From Laetmonice hystrix (lineage: Eukaryota): a DNA stretch of 64,000 nucleotides. The stretch lies in NCBI GenBank assembly GCA_965235115.1, contig OZ249440.1:19654001-19718000 (forward strand), written 5' to 3'. Both the position numbers and the translations under genes were made by a program. Positions within the stretch are counted from its first letter, which is position 1. Every line of letters begins with the position of its first letter. Shown piece after piece: positions 50,336 to 62,260 of the stretch. The notes under the pieces are model-generated. The model ran no database searches. It was given only the letters and a program-made list of their open reading frames with translations, and was not told where the DNA came from.

Positions 50336-52135
50336 AACTCGGTATTAAGAAAGGAAAGTAGCTTGGTCGTATGTACAACAAGGTAACTTTCTGCCCTCCT
50401 CAAATCCACCATGACGTATCTGTGTGTAGAAGCAGGTATAGGACGATACGGCAGGAAGCTTTCATGCAGGTTGGAGGATGAGGAGAGAGACTGTCTGTAG
50501 ACTGATAGACGTTCTCTGATGTCAACTATGCTATATATCATGGTCGGCAGGCATTGTGCTCGTGTCGGCACCCATGTGTTCGTAGCAACCAGTCTAGTAC
50601 AAAGCGACAGATGCCTCTCTCCCGATGGCGTTTCCACTGCCTTTCGATCATCCTTACGGATACCAGTTTGGCCATCAAAGCAGCGGCTGATTACTTGATG
50701 ACAAGATAACCACCATCAGGACGATTAGCAGCAAGGATCGGTAACAAGAAGACACCCTAGAAGATGATCGATTTGCCTCGCCTGTCACCTTACTTAGTGT
50801 CAGTTTGCTTTCTTTCCTTCATTAGTTTGCGGTGTATTGGATCGAGGAACTCCCCGTATGTGCAGTAATGTACCTAAAGGTTAATATGCTACACTGTATT
50901 CATAGGGCTATAATTATAGTTTAGTGATACTTTTAATAAGGTCGCGCTGAGTTAAAGCAGCTTACCAATTTTCATTATTTCACTCGTGACTATTTCATGC
51001 AGAATTAATGTCCATGAACAGTTCCACCAAGTATGTTTCTGCTTCGTTGTCATCTGCTTCTTTGTCGTCGTCTTCCTGCATCGCCAAGTACGGAAATTAT
51101 TAGCAGTCTAAAATAGTTTGGCCAATGCTCTTTAGTAGAGGCTCTATTCATCGTTTATGTATGAGCCACCTTCGTCTGGTGTTAAATATTGATCTATGTT
51201 TAGGCCACATACCTGCGAAGATATTCCAGCAAGGGGGTGAATAATACATAGTCGAGCAACATGTCTACTGGACTGAACATATCGACAATCGCTCGTTATA
51301 ACGCCAGCATTGGAACCTGACCCGCATTGGCATAACGAGGAAGATGGAAGAACACTGTCACCTTGTTAACTGTTGCCTTTTCACCAATGACCAGTCCTGA
51401 GTACCAGTAATGTTGGACGGGTGAAAAATGGGGGGAAAGGGATAAAGAAGATGGAGGCTCCCGGGTTTTAAAATCAGGCCCTTCAGTTTACCCTAACCGT
51501 TCATTAGACTAGCGGTGTAACAAGGTGCGATTACATTGTTCTTAAGTCTGTATTGGAAAGATGGTTGGCGGTAAGCCAGGGTGGCGGTAAGCCAGGGTGG
51601 CGGTATCCTATGGTAAGGGACTTTGTCTCACGATCTGATGCCGGCAAGTGAAGGTGGCCTTCTTGGGGACGCTATAACGAGGGATGATAATAATGACCGT
51701 ATACTTAGCAACGGTTGAAGAAAAGATTATCATTGGGTTTCGACATGGCGGGCATCACGCACATAGTAAAACCTGTATATTTGAGCAGGTAGCAGGTTGA
51801 CACACCCTAATTAACGTCCAGACCTGGACCGCCCGCCCCCCTGCCAACATCACCGCGTGGCTATGAAAAATCCATTCAATGTACACCCATGTCTGGTTGA
51901 AATACGTCAGGGGCTAATATATTACACACATGGGTTAAACGGTTCAGGGAGCATTTATAATATTCCTGAATTATACTCTGCACCTGTGAACGTTCAACCT
52001 AGACTGTCTAGGTGGAAAATAGACAAGTCAACGCTAGTCAGTACTTCACGTCAGGAGCGAAGCACTGACTAGGGTTGACTTGTCTAACTAGGTAGAACAG
52101 GGAGGCTTGGGTGGAAGTTGGCTTTTGATCCAGCA

Positions 52136-52665
52136 CAGATAGACGGAGAGAGGTGCGATGGCTTGCCGCCGCCGTTAGGTGGTACAGATATACGGAGAGA
52201 GGTGCGATGGCTTGCCGCCGCCGTTAGGTGGTACAGATATACGGAGAGAGGTGCGATGGCTTGCCGCCGCCGTTAGGTGGTACAGATATACGGAGAGAGG
52301 TGCGATGGCTTGCCGCCGCCGTTAGGTGGTACAGATATACAGAGAGAGGTGCGATGGCTTGCCGCCGCCGTTAGGTGGTACAGATATACGGAGAGAGGTG
52401 CGATGGCTTGCCGCCGTTAGGTGGTACAGATATACGGAGAGAGGTGCGATGGCTTGCCGCCGTTAGGTGGTACAGATATACGGAGTGAGGTGCGATGGCT
52501 TGCCGCCGTTAGGTGGTACAGATATACGGAGTGAGGTGCGATGGCTTGCCGCCGCCGTTAGGTGGTACAGATATACAGAGAGAGGTGCGATGGCTTGCCG
52601 CCGCCGTTAGGTGGTACAGATATACGGAGAGAGGTGCGATGGCTTGCCGCCGCCGTAAGGTGGTA
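52136..52665. repeat. 49/46-bp minisatellite, 11 copies
   Basis: Unit CAGATATACGGAGAGAGGTGCGATGGCTTGCCGCC(GCC)GTTAGGTGGTA; three consecutive units lack one GCC. Confidence 0.97.
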
Positions 52666-53052
52666 TCGATCAGTAGAATTCAGATTTACACCTGCCGACA
52701 CACGACTACGAAACGTCTCCCAGTGGTTCGGCCAGTGCAGTATTTTGTCATTTTCTCCGACATCTTACGGTCGCCTTTTTTAAATCAGCGACTATACTTG
52801 ATTTTTGCACGCGGCAGTGTGTGGTGGTGGGGGTTCTGGTGGGGGTGAGGGGTGGGGGTGGGGGTGGGGGTGGGGGTCTTGTTTCGATACACTGACGAGA
52901 CTTCGCCCTGTCTTTGCTTCATTTTTTCGTTGGACGTTTTCTCCTGCATATATGAGAGGCGATAGAAACGCGATCCGACAGGAACAACACTGTTGTCATA
53001 GTAGGAAAGAACAACGAAATGAATGAAATTGACAAAGACAAATTTAATGTTC

Positions 53053-53295
53053 CTCGGGCATGGCAATAGCCGTTGTTTCAGCTGTTTGAAAGCGATTTCA
53101 AAAATGGCGCCGGACAATAATATGGCGGTCTTGTCTTGCAGACGGTGCTCTTCATATACCTGCTTGAGGCAGATCTTCCACCCTTCCGGAAACGTTCAAA
53201 CAGACGTGATACTGTCGTTAAAGTGCACGTTAAAGAGACGTGCGATTTCGTGTTGCTGTCTCCCCCATGGTCGGCATCCCTACAGCCACAGTCAT
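53053..53295 (-). pseudogene. Decayed Tc1-like transposase, N-terminal HTH region
   Basis: With frameshifts: AVGM...QHEIARLFNVH...TVSRLFERFRKGG...QDRHIIVRRHF*NRFQTAETTA, matching the Tc1-family N-terminus. A weaker GDVS.VVV..AGV block at about 52685-52720 suggests the relic extends. Confidence 0.8.
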
Positions 53296-53382
53296 TGTGG
53301 GTTTTGTAGAGATCAACTCTACACTTTGCATTTGCTACATCGTCCTGACCAAACTGTCTGTGCATTTCAAGGACTCACTGTC

Positions 53383-53450
53383 CAGTGGCGGATCCAGGGG
53401 AGCCCCCCCCCCCCCCGGCCCGCCCCCTATTTTCCAAACTCTTACCTATT
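53383..53450 (+). mobile_element. Left end of a CAGTGGCGGATCCAG-type short element
   Basis: Related to the TIR of 54989-55166 and to the reverse-oriented end at 57057-57077; no matching right end seen. Confidence 0.45.
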
Positions 53451-53806
53451 TGCTATGTTTCATGCTTAAAAATAATGGAATTTCGTTGAACATTTTGGGA
53501 GATAATTCTACTCTACATGTCCAGAAAACAGGTCCTGGAGAGGCCAGATAAAAACTCAGCTGAGAGAAATACCTGTGTTTTAACTTCTCAGTGAGCGCAT
53601 GAACTGACAAGGCAGAGTCGTATAACTCCATGCGTTTAATTACTGCTCGGGTGACGCGTAATTACTGTCTGCGTTGTCGTTCTGGTCACGAGGCGACACT
53701 AGGGGTTATGGAAGCAAACCATGGCTAGCCGTGACATTCTCGTCTATGCCAGGATGATGGAAAACAATCTATGTATTTTAAAACCTTTTCTCTCTATCTG
53801 CTTCAC

Positions 53807-53846
53807 TGTCTGTCTCTCTCTCTCTGCGTCTCTGTCTCTGTCTCTG

Positions 53847-53906
<60 letters not shown>
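53807..53906. repeat. (TC)n/(TCTCTG)n microsatellite
   Basis: Direct reading. Confidence 0.95.
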
Positions 53907-53910
<4 letters not shown>

Positions 53911-53965
53911 AACGAAAATACAAGAAAAATGATTGTAGTTTCCTAAGTATGATGGGGTGGTGCGT

Positions 53966-54120
53966 GGCTCGGGTGGCCGAGTGGTCTAAGGTGTTTGCTC
54001 ATGACACCTAGGACCATCGCCTCACACCACTGCGGTCCGGGTTCGATCCCCGGCCTGGGTTTCATATGTGAAAGGGTTTTCAGTGAGTTCCTTCCCGAAG
54101 GCAAAGCGTAAAACCCCAAA
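53966..54120 (+). mobile_element. tRNA-derived SINE with intact Pol III boxes
   Basis: A box TGGCCGAGTGG and B box GGTTCGATCC, followed by a non-tRNA body and a GCGTAAAACCCCAA tail; second copy at 1845-1971. Confidence 0.8.
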
Positions 54121-54819
54121 TTCCTCTCTCTCTCTGTCTCTCTCTCTGGAAGATGAGCTAAGTATTAAACATTGTTAAATATGCCTACCTTCATCCTTGG
54201 GACCACTTTATTCCATTTCTCGCCGTTCTTATATCCACTGACTCTTGGTTAATTAACGACAACTTCAACTGAAACATGCATGAATGAAAAAAAACCTGTG
54301 CTGTCAGTGAGATAATTTTATAGAATGAACGAACATCTGCACTGCAGATTGCCATGTGGAACTGTTAAATAACGATAAAAATGAGCGTGTAGGCAATCAA
54401 TAAACTCGAGTAGTCTGGTCCTAGTATGTCTCTTGGCTTTATCGAGTTCATATGCTAACACTGATATGAATTATAATTTACATGTGTAAATTTAGATATT
54501 GTAGTAATGAATTACATTGAGGTGACACCCTGCCCGTTCATGTTGTGTGTAGACTACAAGCCGGATCCAGTGGCACACGAGCCATGAAATTTCACATCCA
54601 TCGGGACCGCCGTCTCTTATTCTTACTTTGCGGTACTCTTTCTGCATTACAAAAGCAAAACATCCACGTGTATTGATGTTATTATTACCGATTGGTTAGT
54701 CATTGATTTCTTAGTACAGACTATAATCATCAAATAATGTCAGCTAACACGCCCCATCCCATCTCTTGGTGTACTTCTGAACGTTATACCAGTTCAATCA
54801 GATCTAGTATTTGTTCAGG

Positions 54820-54950
54820 GGGGCTATAGGAGCTTTGGACAGGGCGAGCGCCGAAGGCGCGAAGCCCTGCCATAGGGGGTCCGGGACAGGCCCCTGGAAA
54901 TGTTCTAAATGTGACTTGGTGACATTTAGTGCATTTTGAAGCACAAAATG
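54820..54950 (+). repeat. GC-rich interspersed repeat fragment
   Basis: GAGCGCCGAAGGCGCG...GGGGGTCCGGG...CCCCTGGAAA...GTGCATTTT resembles, in reverse complement, about 128-212. Confidence 0.45.
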
Positions 54951-54988
54951 AGATTAGGTCTCTGGTGTTTTGTGTAGACCTAGACTTA

Positions 54989-55166
54989 GCAGGCGCGGAT
55001 CCAGGAATTTTTGCGGCGGGGGGTCCAGAAGATGCGAGCCGCCGGGGATGGGGCAACGGTCTGGGGGCCTTCCCCGATAACATTACAAAAACCTATGTTG
55101 GTCCCGAGCAGGGGGGGGGGTCCGGACCCCCTGGACCCCCCCCCCCCCCTCTGGATCAGCGCCTGC
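54989..55166. mobile_element. 178-bp MITE, GCGGATCCAG type
   Basis: TIR GCAGGCGCGGATCCAG/CTGGATCAGCGCCTGC (1 mismatch). Flanks read as TTA/TTA or, shifting the ends inward one base, CTTAG/CTTAG. Confidence 0.85.
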
Positions 55167-58100
55167 TTAGGCCTACCGTAACGCGAATCGGAGGCGGCCA
55201 ATTCACTCCCTCCCTGGACATGCCACTGCAGTTATCAAGTAACCCAAGCCACGTCAGTCCGTGGTGGGACCTTTGGCGGCATAAAGTTCAACCCAATCGT
55301 TTCTCGTTTCCTGAAGTGTGATTGTAACACGTTCAGCGTCTCTGGCTGTACACAGTCTGCCCCCAGGTGGTCATCAGCAGGCTGTTAGTGACCAACCAGT
55401 CGGCCTTCCCTCTGCCGACACGACTCGTCAACCAGTCAGGACCCTCGGTAAATAACGTCACCGCTCGATTGACCTTATCAAGGCAGAACCGTCTTCGAAC
55501 GGTGGTAAAATAGCGGCCCCTGGGGCAGGTCTGGGGGACCGACTTCCGGGACAACGGGAACGCTGCTCGAGCAGTTTGATTGGCGCTAGTCTCGGCGATA
55601 TCACTGTGATCCCTTGGTAAATAGACTTCACACGGGATGTCTCACCTGTCGAACCTCAGACGTCAGTAACGTCCAGACCCTGTGCCTTCTCTCCATTCCA
55701 CTCCCAACTCCAAACGTGCCCTGAGCCCTGAGCCCCGCGGGTCTGTGGTCTCATCAACCGTCCAAAACATACCGTTTGTGATGAACGTATTACTGCCTGG
55801 AGCGGAACGTAATCCACCGGATGATACGGAGGTGGGGGACCTGTCAACTACCGGCCCAAGATTCAGATAAGATACCGAAAAGTTCCCTTTTGTCGAACTT
55901 TGATCCAGAGTAAAATGGCATTCTACCAGTAGCCAGGTACAAACCAAAGATCAACATCGTGAGCGAATTCCCACAGAAAATCCTCAGACACGCTGGATCA
56001 CAAGAAAGGGCACAATAATTGGCACAATAACACTGTCTCAAAGTGCCACTAAGTGACGTCCACTTTTTCCCCGAAAAGATCCACGCTTGACTTGCGCTTC
56101 ACATTTTACTTGGAGCATACTTATTTGGGGCTTTGCCTTTTGATATTCTGCAATAGAAGAAGAAATGGGGAAATGCCTATTTGAACCCCTGCCCCGAAAT
56201 GTCCTACTTTTTGGCCAAGTCAGCCATGTTCTTGTCAACAGGATGGACTGTTAATGTTATTAACGCTTCCCTCACTGTTACACGGAATAACGTTCCCTCG
56301 GGAGGTACAACTTCCCTGGCACGAACTGGTCGTCATCAATGTCAACATAATATGTATGGACACCGGCAGTACATATTTGTTTTATCCATGCACGTTATGC
56401 TTGCAACTTGTAGGCATACATGAATATTATCAGTCATTGTTTTTTCTCGATCAGATCATGTGGATCCCAGCCGCGTGTGAACATGAACAAGAACGGGGGG
56501 GGGGGGGAGATTGGGTGGCTTTTAGCTAGGAATACATTGTTGATTACCAGGGTTGGCGGAACGAAAAAACTGGGTGTGCAAACTCCGGCATAGAAATGCC
56601 TGCACGGGGACGGGGTTCTGCGGTCTCCAGCGCGGAATTTACCGATGTTATATGCTCTAAGATGCATTCTGGTGCCATTACCGAGAATTTCCAAATTATT
56701 CTTTACTGAATACATTTTTTTAAACAGTTTTATTTGCAAAATGTTGTGTTGACAGTGATATAAGCTACCTCTGATGTCTATTCCATGATTTCCAACTTAT
56801 CGTTAGTCAATATTGACAGATGCACTTCATTACCAAGATGTGTATGCTGTACCGGGGTGGTCAAGCACTGCTGACCTCTGACCCTAGGCAGAATGAAAAT
56901 GTGACCCTGCAGAGGTCACTAAAGAAAATGTCTGCACTGCTTATGCCCATGTAAAATTAGGCCTAATATTAAGGAGAAGATTTTTTTACACTAGCCTCTA
57001 AAAAAGGGTCTAGGGAAGGGCTGGGGGGCAAAGCCCCCCCCCCCCCCCCCAGCCCTCCCCAGGCTCCGCCACCCCTGTGGATAACCTGCACCTTTAGTCC
57101 GGTTGTGATGAGACCGATGCCTTTCAGATGCCTTTTTAAAGCCACAGTCGACCAATCAGGTAAATCCGAAACCTTTGAGGTGTGACTTGATTTGGCGTTC
57201 ACCACTAGCGTTAAGGGGAGAAATGGTACAGACGAACCTTAACCTTTGGAGAGGTTTGTTTGTGTTCAGTGTGGGGCAAGCTGACCATCAAGAGATCAAG
57301 TCGACTATCAGGAGCCCATCATTGGGATTATCGAGGCATTGCCTGACTTGTGTTGACTCTATTTTGTCAGCAAGCTGATCCACAAGTCCCCTCTGCACTA
57401 AATGACAATCTCGTTTTTATATAATCCAGTAGAGGGAGTATAAAAAAATGTTCTATGGATGTATGTGTATAGCTCTACACCTCATCATATTAGGTTTGAT
57501 GAAGTATAGGTAATTGTTTCCAAGACATCAGATACGGCACACACACGGCCATCTCGGATGAAGGGCCGAGAGCTAATGGGGGCTGATTCTGACCATTGTC
57601 ATATTAAAACTGCCATTGGTTGGCTGCTGATACAGATGGAATGTCATTATTGGTCTAGCGTCTCACGATCCTACGTGTTATTGGATGATGCGGTTAGATC
57701 CAAAATGATATAAAAAATAACAGAAATATTGAACAAAAACTCCCTTATTTGGTTTACGCATTATGACACGTTGCAACCCCCTTCATTATTTCAATTTAAA
57801 GTAAACCTTAATGGAATTCTAGATGGAATGTGACCGTACAAAACTGGTAACAGAATAGTATGGTATTGGAAGCGTGGCGTTTGAAAGAAACGTATATATC
57901 CCTGTACTCTAGAAGAATCTCTTATTTCTTACTCCATGGCACAGAACCTACACAGATGACTTAGATAATACGTTTGTATTTTTTTTTTTTTTTTAATTCG
58001 TTTATTTACCCTGGAGAAGTTTTCGGTACAGAATGAATGAGTACCGGTTTTCAAAACCGTCCAGCACGACGTTCTAACAATGCAAGTAGGAGTACAGATA

Positions 58101-58333
58101 TTTGGCTGAAGGCAACGACACTACTACCATTACACTTTAGTGGAATAAATTGGTCTATGTATCCATAATAAACGAAACGCTATATACATATATACATACA
58201 TTCTGTATACATTCAGAATCAAATTTTACAAAAATGACGGTTGTATATGAGATGTGATGAGATGTGATGTGAATGATTCACGAAGCGTGCCATCATGAAA
58301 CAGTGCTAAGCTGATTAATTGACCATAAGACAA

Positions 58334-58545
58334 TCACACCAGTTTGGATCTTAGGATCCTTTTTTGGGCATATTTAAAGCTTTTAGCGTTTGGAATCTGT
58401 TTTAGGTGTGCTTCCATCTGATTCCACATCGTAGCACCCCTGTAACAAACACTCCTTTTAAACGAGTTTGAGTTAGGACGGGGGACTAGCAGGGTCTTAT
58501 TAACATGGAGCCTGGTATGTAGTGCTCTATTGTCGACAAACGCAG
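58334..58545 (-). pseudogene. 3' end of a CR1/L2-group LINE ORF2
   Basis: HTRLHVNKTLLVPRPNSNSFKRSVCYRGATMWNQM...SFK matches the TR...LxVP...FxxRGxxxWNxL...FK C-terminal motif. Confidence 0.75.
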
Positions 58546-58979
58546 GATCGCAACTTCTGTGGTACATTTTTTTTTTTATAATATTCAATAGGTGAGATTC
58601 TCTTCTATCCTTTAGTAGGTTTAACTTAGCTTTGTGGTGAACTTCTAGTGTGCTGGTTTCATTGGGAAGGTTCAGACATAACCTAAGTCCTCGATTCTGA
58701 ATTCGTTGGAGCTTATTCAGAAGCTAAGTATTGTACTTAGGACAAATATAGCAAACGTGGCACAAGGTGTCGACTGAGGCTTTAGAGTAATATTATTCTC
58801 GAAGAACACACCTGAGCCAAACCTTTGTTTCACCGCATTGATTTTCCTTTACATGGTTCTATATTAAACTAGCTCGGTTCGTGTTAAAATAACTTCCCGA
58901 CACCTGAGTGTGACAGGTCTGGTGATGGCGGACCACGACTATGTAACCTTGCGACACCTGAGTGTGACAGGTCTGATGA

Positions 58980-59247
58980 AGCCGGTGTCACACGGCACGA
59001 TATTCCGTCCGATCTTCCGACCGCCCGAGCTTCCGACGATCGGCGGTAAATCGGGGGTTAGGTCGGAGCGTTCCCGGTGAAAACTGTCAGACTTTGCTCG
59101 GACTCACCGACCCTACGATATTGCTCCGACCATCATTATCACACGGCACGACCTTGTGCTCACACGGCCCGATATTTGGTCCGATCTGTCTCCGATGCCG
59201 GGCGGTCGGAGGATCGGAAGGAAATATCGTGCCGTGTGACCCCGGCT
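58980..59247. mobile_element. 268-bp Harbinger-like MITE
   Basis: About 48-bp imperfect TIRs (AGCCGGTGTCACACGGCACGATATT...CCGACCGCCCG); flanked by TGA and TTA. Confidence 0.85.
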
Positions 59248-60419
59248 TTAGTTCGTTACGGCGAAGAAGATCTATTCAACAAATTAGCACGCAGGTGTCT
59301 TCTTAGTGAACACGTTTATGGTCGTATTCAGAAATAAATTATAAAATTACCGCCCGCCACTTTCATCGTTCCAGGCCAGGGCTGATCCAGACCGATGAAG
59401 GCGGCGGTGGGTTATCCACTGCAGGAAACCATCACAAGTTTAGGAAACCTATTTTATGAGGCGGTCTGCCTCCATCCTAAGCGCCTCCTGCCGTATGCAC
59501 CTCCAAGGGCAGTGACCATCTTCTAGACAGCTTGGTTGTTACGAGTGACAAACTCATCAATAAAGCAATAATAGTTTCAGTATATCTCATCGAGGCATTC
59601 AAGGCTACGACTACAGCGTACATGGAAAAGTCAATTTAATGCACTCTAAAGCCTGACAATCTCATCACAGTGAGAAGGACAGCGTTGGAAGAAACTATTT
59701 GTAGGGACAAGTCCCGCCTACTCAGGGGACCTCCTGTCCGGAAAGATAATCTTCCTTCCACTTACTTTTGTGTAGGTGGCGCAACCTTAAACAATTGTTA
59801 CGTGCACTAGACCTCTCTCTCTTTCTCTGTCTCTCTGTCGGGGTGTGTGTATGTGTGTGTGTCTCGCTCTGTTTCTGAGCATAAAGAACGCATATCACAG
59901 GTGCAATTCGAGATGGATATAGAGTTTAGGATAGCAAATGTAATTTGGAAAGGGTCTGTGACTTTGATAAAAGGCTGCTGTTTCCAGACTTGGAGACTGA
60001 CGGATTTATAGACGAGGTATTGATGCAATTTACAGCCCGCCGTATTAACGTTTCTTCAGGCGAACCAATAGTTAATATTAAGTACATGCGATTAAGATTA
60101 ACTTCTGCTTTTTGTACGTTAATGGTCTGAACACTGACGTCTGCAGTAATATTGTCGCCTTATGTCATTCAGACTGGAAGGATTAAAGATTAACTTCAGA
60201 CGATTAGCGCACATAATTTTGTTGACGCTGAACTTGTAAAAAGAGACCGGGTACGCGTTCATTATACCGCTTGGCCATGCTGAAACTCGCTTTTTCTACA
60301 AGTACACAGAAACGTGAAATCAACATTAATGATTAAATGTTTAAAGAACTCGTATCCCGGCAGAATCTCAGAAATCTAACAAGTCAGTCCGGGTTGAGGC
60401 ATGGGTTTGGGCATGGGTT

Positions 60420-60786
60420 TGTGTACCTCAGCTTTTCACACCCAGCATGTTGTGTACCTCAGCTTCTCACACCCAGCATGTTGTGTACCTCAGCTTCTCA
60501 CACCCAGCATGTTGTGTACCTCAGCTTCTCACACCCAGCATGTTGTGTACCTCAGCTTCTCACACCCAGCATGTTGTGTACCTCAGCTTCTCACACCCAG
60601 CATGCTGTGTACCTCAGCTTCTCACACCCAGCATGTTGTGTACCTCAGCTTCTCACACCCAGCATGTTGTGTACCTCAGCTTCTCACACCCAGCATGTTG
60701 TGTACCTCAGCTTCTCACACCCAGCATGTTGTGTACCTCAGCTTCTCACACCCAGCATGTTGTGTACCTCAGCTTCTCACACCCAG
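60420..60786. repeat. 31-bp minisatellite, about 12 copies
   Basis: Unit TGTGTACCTCAGCTTCTCACACCCAGCATGT; explains ORFs 60337-61063. Confidence 0.97.
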
Positions 60787-61949
60787 TCGGAAAGGTAGCT
60801 CGCCTGTTATAGAGGACATCTCAATTTTAGTTGAAATAGTATGGCTCGTATTGATTTATAGCAATATTCAATTTGAAAAAAAGGAAAAGCGGTTAATTCT
60901 GGGTATGAATGTACTACTCGGTCCGAGCCAGCAAACCCCACTGCGCATGCTTGGCCCCCAACGAACCTTTGTGTCAGAGGTCGCGCATTCTGACACCTTC
61001 ACAGGTGCCCCACCCCAAGTAAACGTTAAACGTCAGTTATGGGATGGCGAGCGACTGTGTTAAGAAAGGGTAGGTTACAGAACACTGCACAGTGCTTGAG
61101 TAAAGCGAAAGATAATCGGATTCCGTTAACACTTTTCATTCCAGTGGGGCACCTCCAATCCGTGAGAATGGGCCCGAGTCGGTGAAAATGCCCCGTTACC
61201 CAGTACAACACCATTTTATCGCCAGACCCTGGCCTGTTTCTATATAACACCATCAGCAGCCGGCTCAGCAAGAGCCGGAGTCTCAGCGGCAAGGGCAGAT
61301 GGCTTGCATGCCACGGCATTCTAAGCGGAGCCCATTCTAAACTTTGACGTGTTTCTAAGTGACCACGTATACGGTGGATGGCTCCTCCGGGAGAGTTGCT
61401 GCCTCCACATAAACACCTTCTCTGTGGATCACAATAATGAAGATTGCGACTTCTCAGAGCTTTTCTCGTATGACAATGTGGATCATATCATTATGAAGTA
61501 CCGGAGAACAACCGTCAGCCTGTCTATTAGTACTGTGGTTCAGATCTTTCCATAACAACCTCCTTTCCTATTATTACAAACTTAATGCGTCACATTAAGA
61601 ATCCTTACACGAGACCACTCTTAATGGCATTAGGTGGCAAGATTTACCTGATTACATTTACTGTAATTTCATGAACTCTAATTATGCAAACCTAGTTAAC
61701 AACCTTTTTAAACTCCTATGCATTTAATTTCTCCCGATCTAATAAGTCAACACATTCTTCCATTGGAGAGATGTGATAATTTTCTAAAAATCTGCCCGTC
61801 TTTCAATAAGTATTAAGGACCCTGGCCTATAATATAACGTCCTATGGAATGTGGGCATACAAAGACATACATGTACACACACATTATGATATACCATATA
61901 TTTATGGCATGTCCAGGCAACTGACGACATTCTAATTATTGGATGAATA

Positions 61950-62260
61950 CTGGGCTAAATGGGGTACTTCCACTTTCTATATCTTTCACGGAAACCTTCT
62001 CGATTACCAAGCCATAAATCTCTTGTTTTTCTTTCGAAAGAAGAGCTTCAAATCCAGGTACTGGTTATTGCTTGAAAACTTCCCACCTGATAGGCATCAA
62101 ATTTGTAGTTACCGATGCACTAGATTTTTGCTGTCTCTGAATAGGCATTGGTAATAACTACATTACCTTTTCTGTTATTGTTGACATGCCCTAATTGTGA
62201 AGCAATGATCTGCTATGAGGTTCTAATTTAGAGATAGATGAGTTTTCCTTCATCAAGAAG
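61950..62260 (+). pseudogene. Possible highly decayed LINE ORF2 C-terminus
   Basis: LENFPPDRHQICSYRC...HW and a later EIDEF loosely resemble the CKFR...GRW...GDEFH pattern; weak. Confidence 0.25.

Noticed and set aside
53966-54058. Functional tRNA gene
   Set aside because: No clean cloverleaf; it continues into a body and tail shared with 1845-1971, so it is a SINE.
12355-60786. CRISPR interpretation of the 21-49-bp arrays
   Set aside because: Units are contiguous with no unique spacers, there are no cas genes, and the context is eukaryotic.
60337-61063. Cys/His-rich ORFs
   Set aside because: Read-through of the 31-bp minisatellite.
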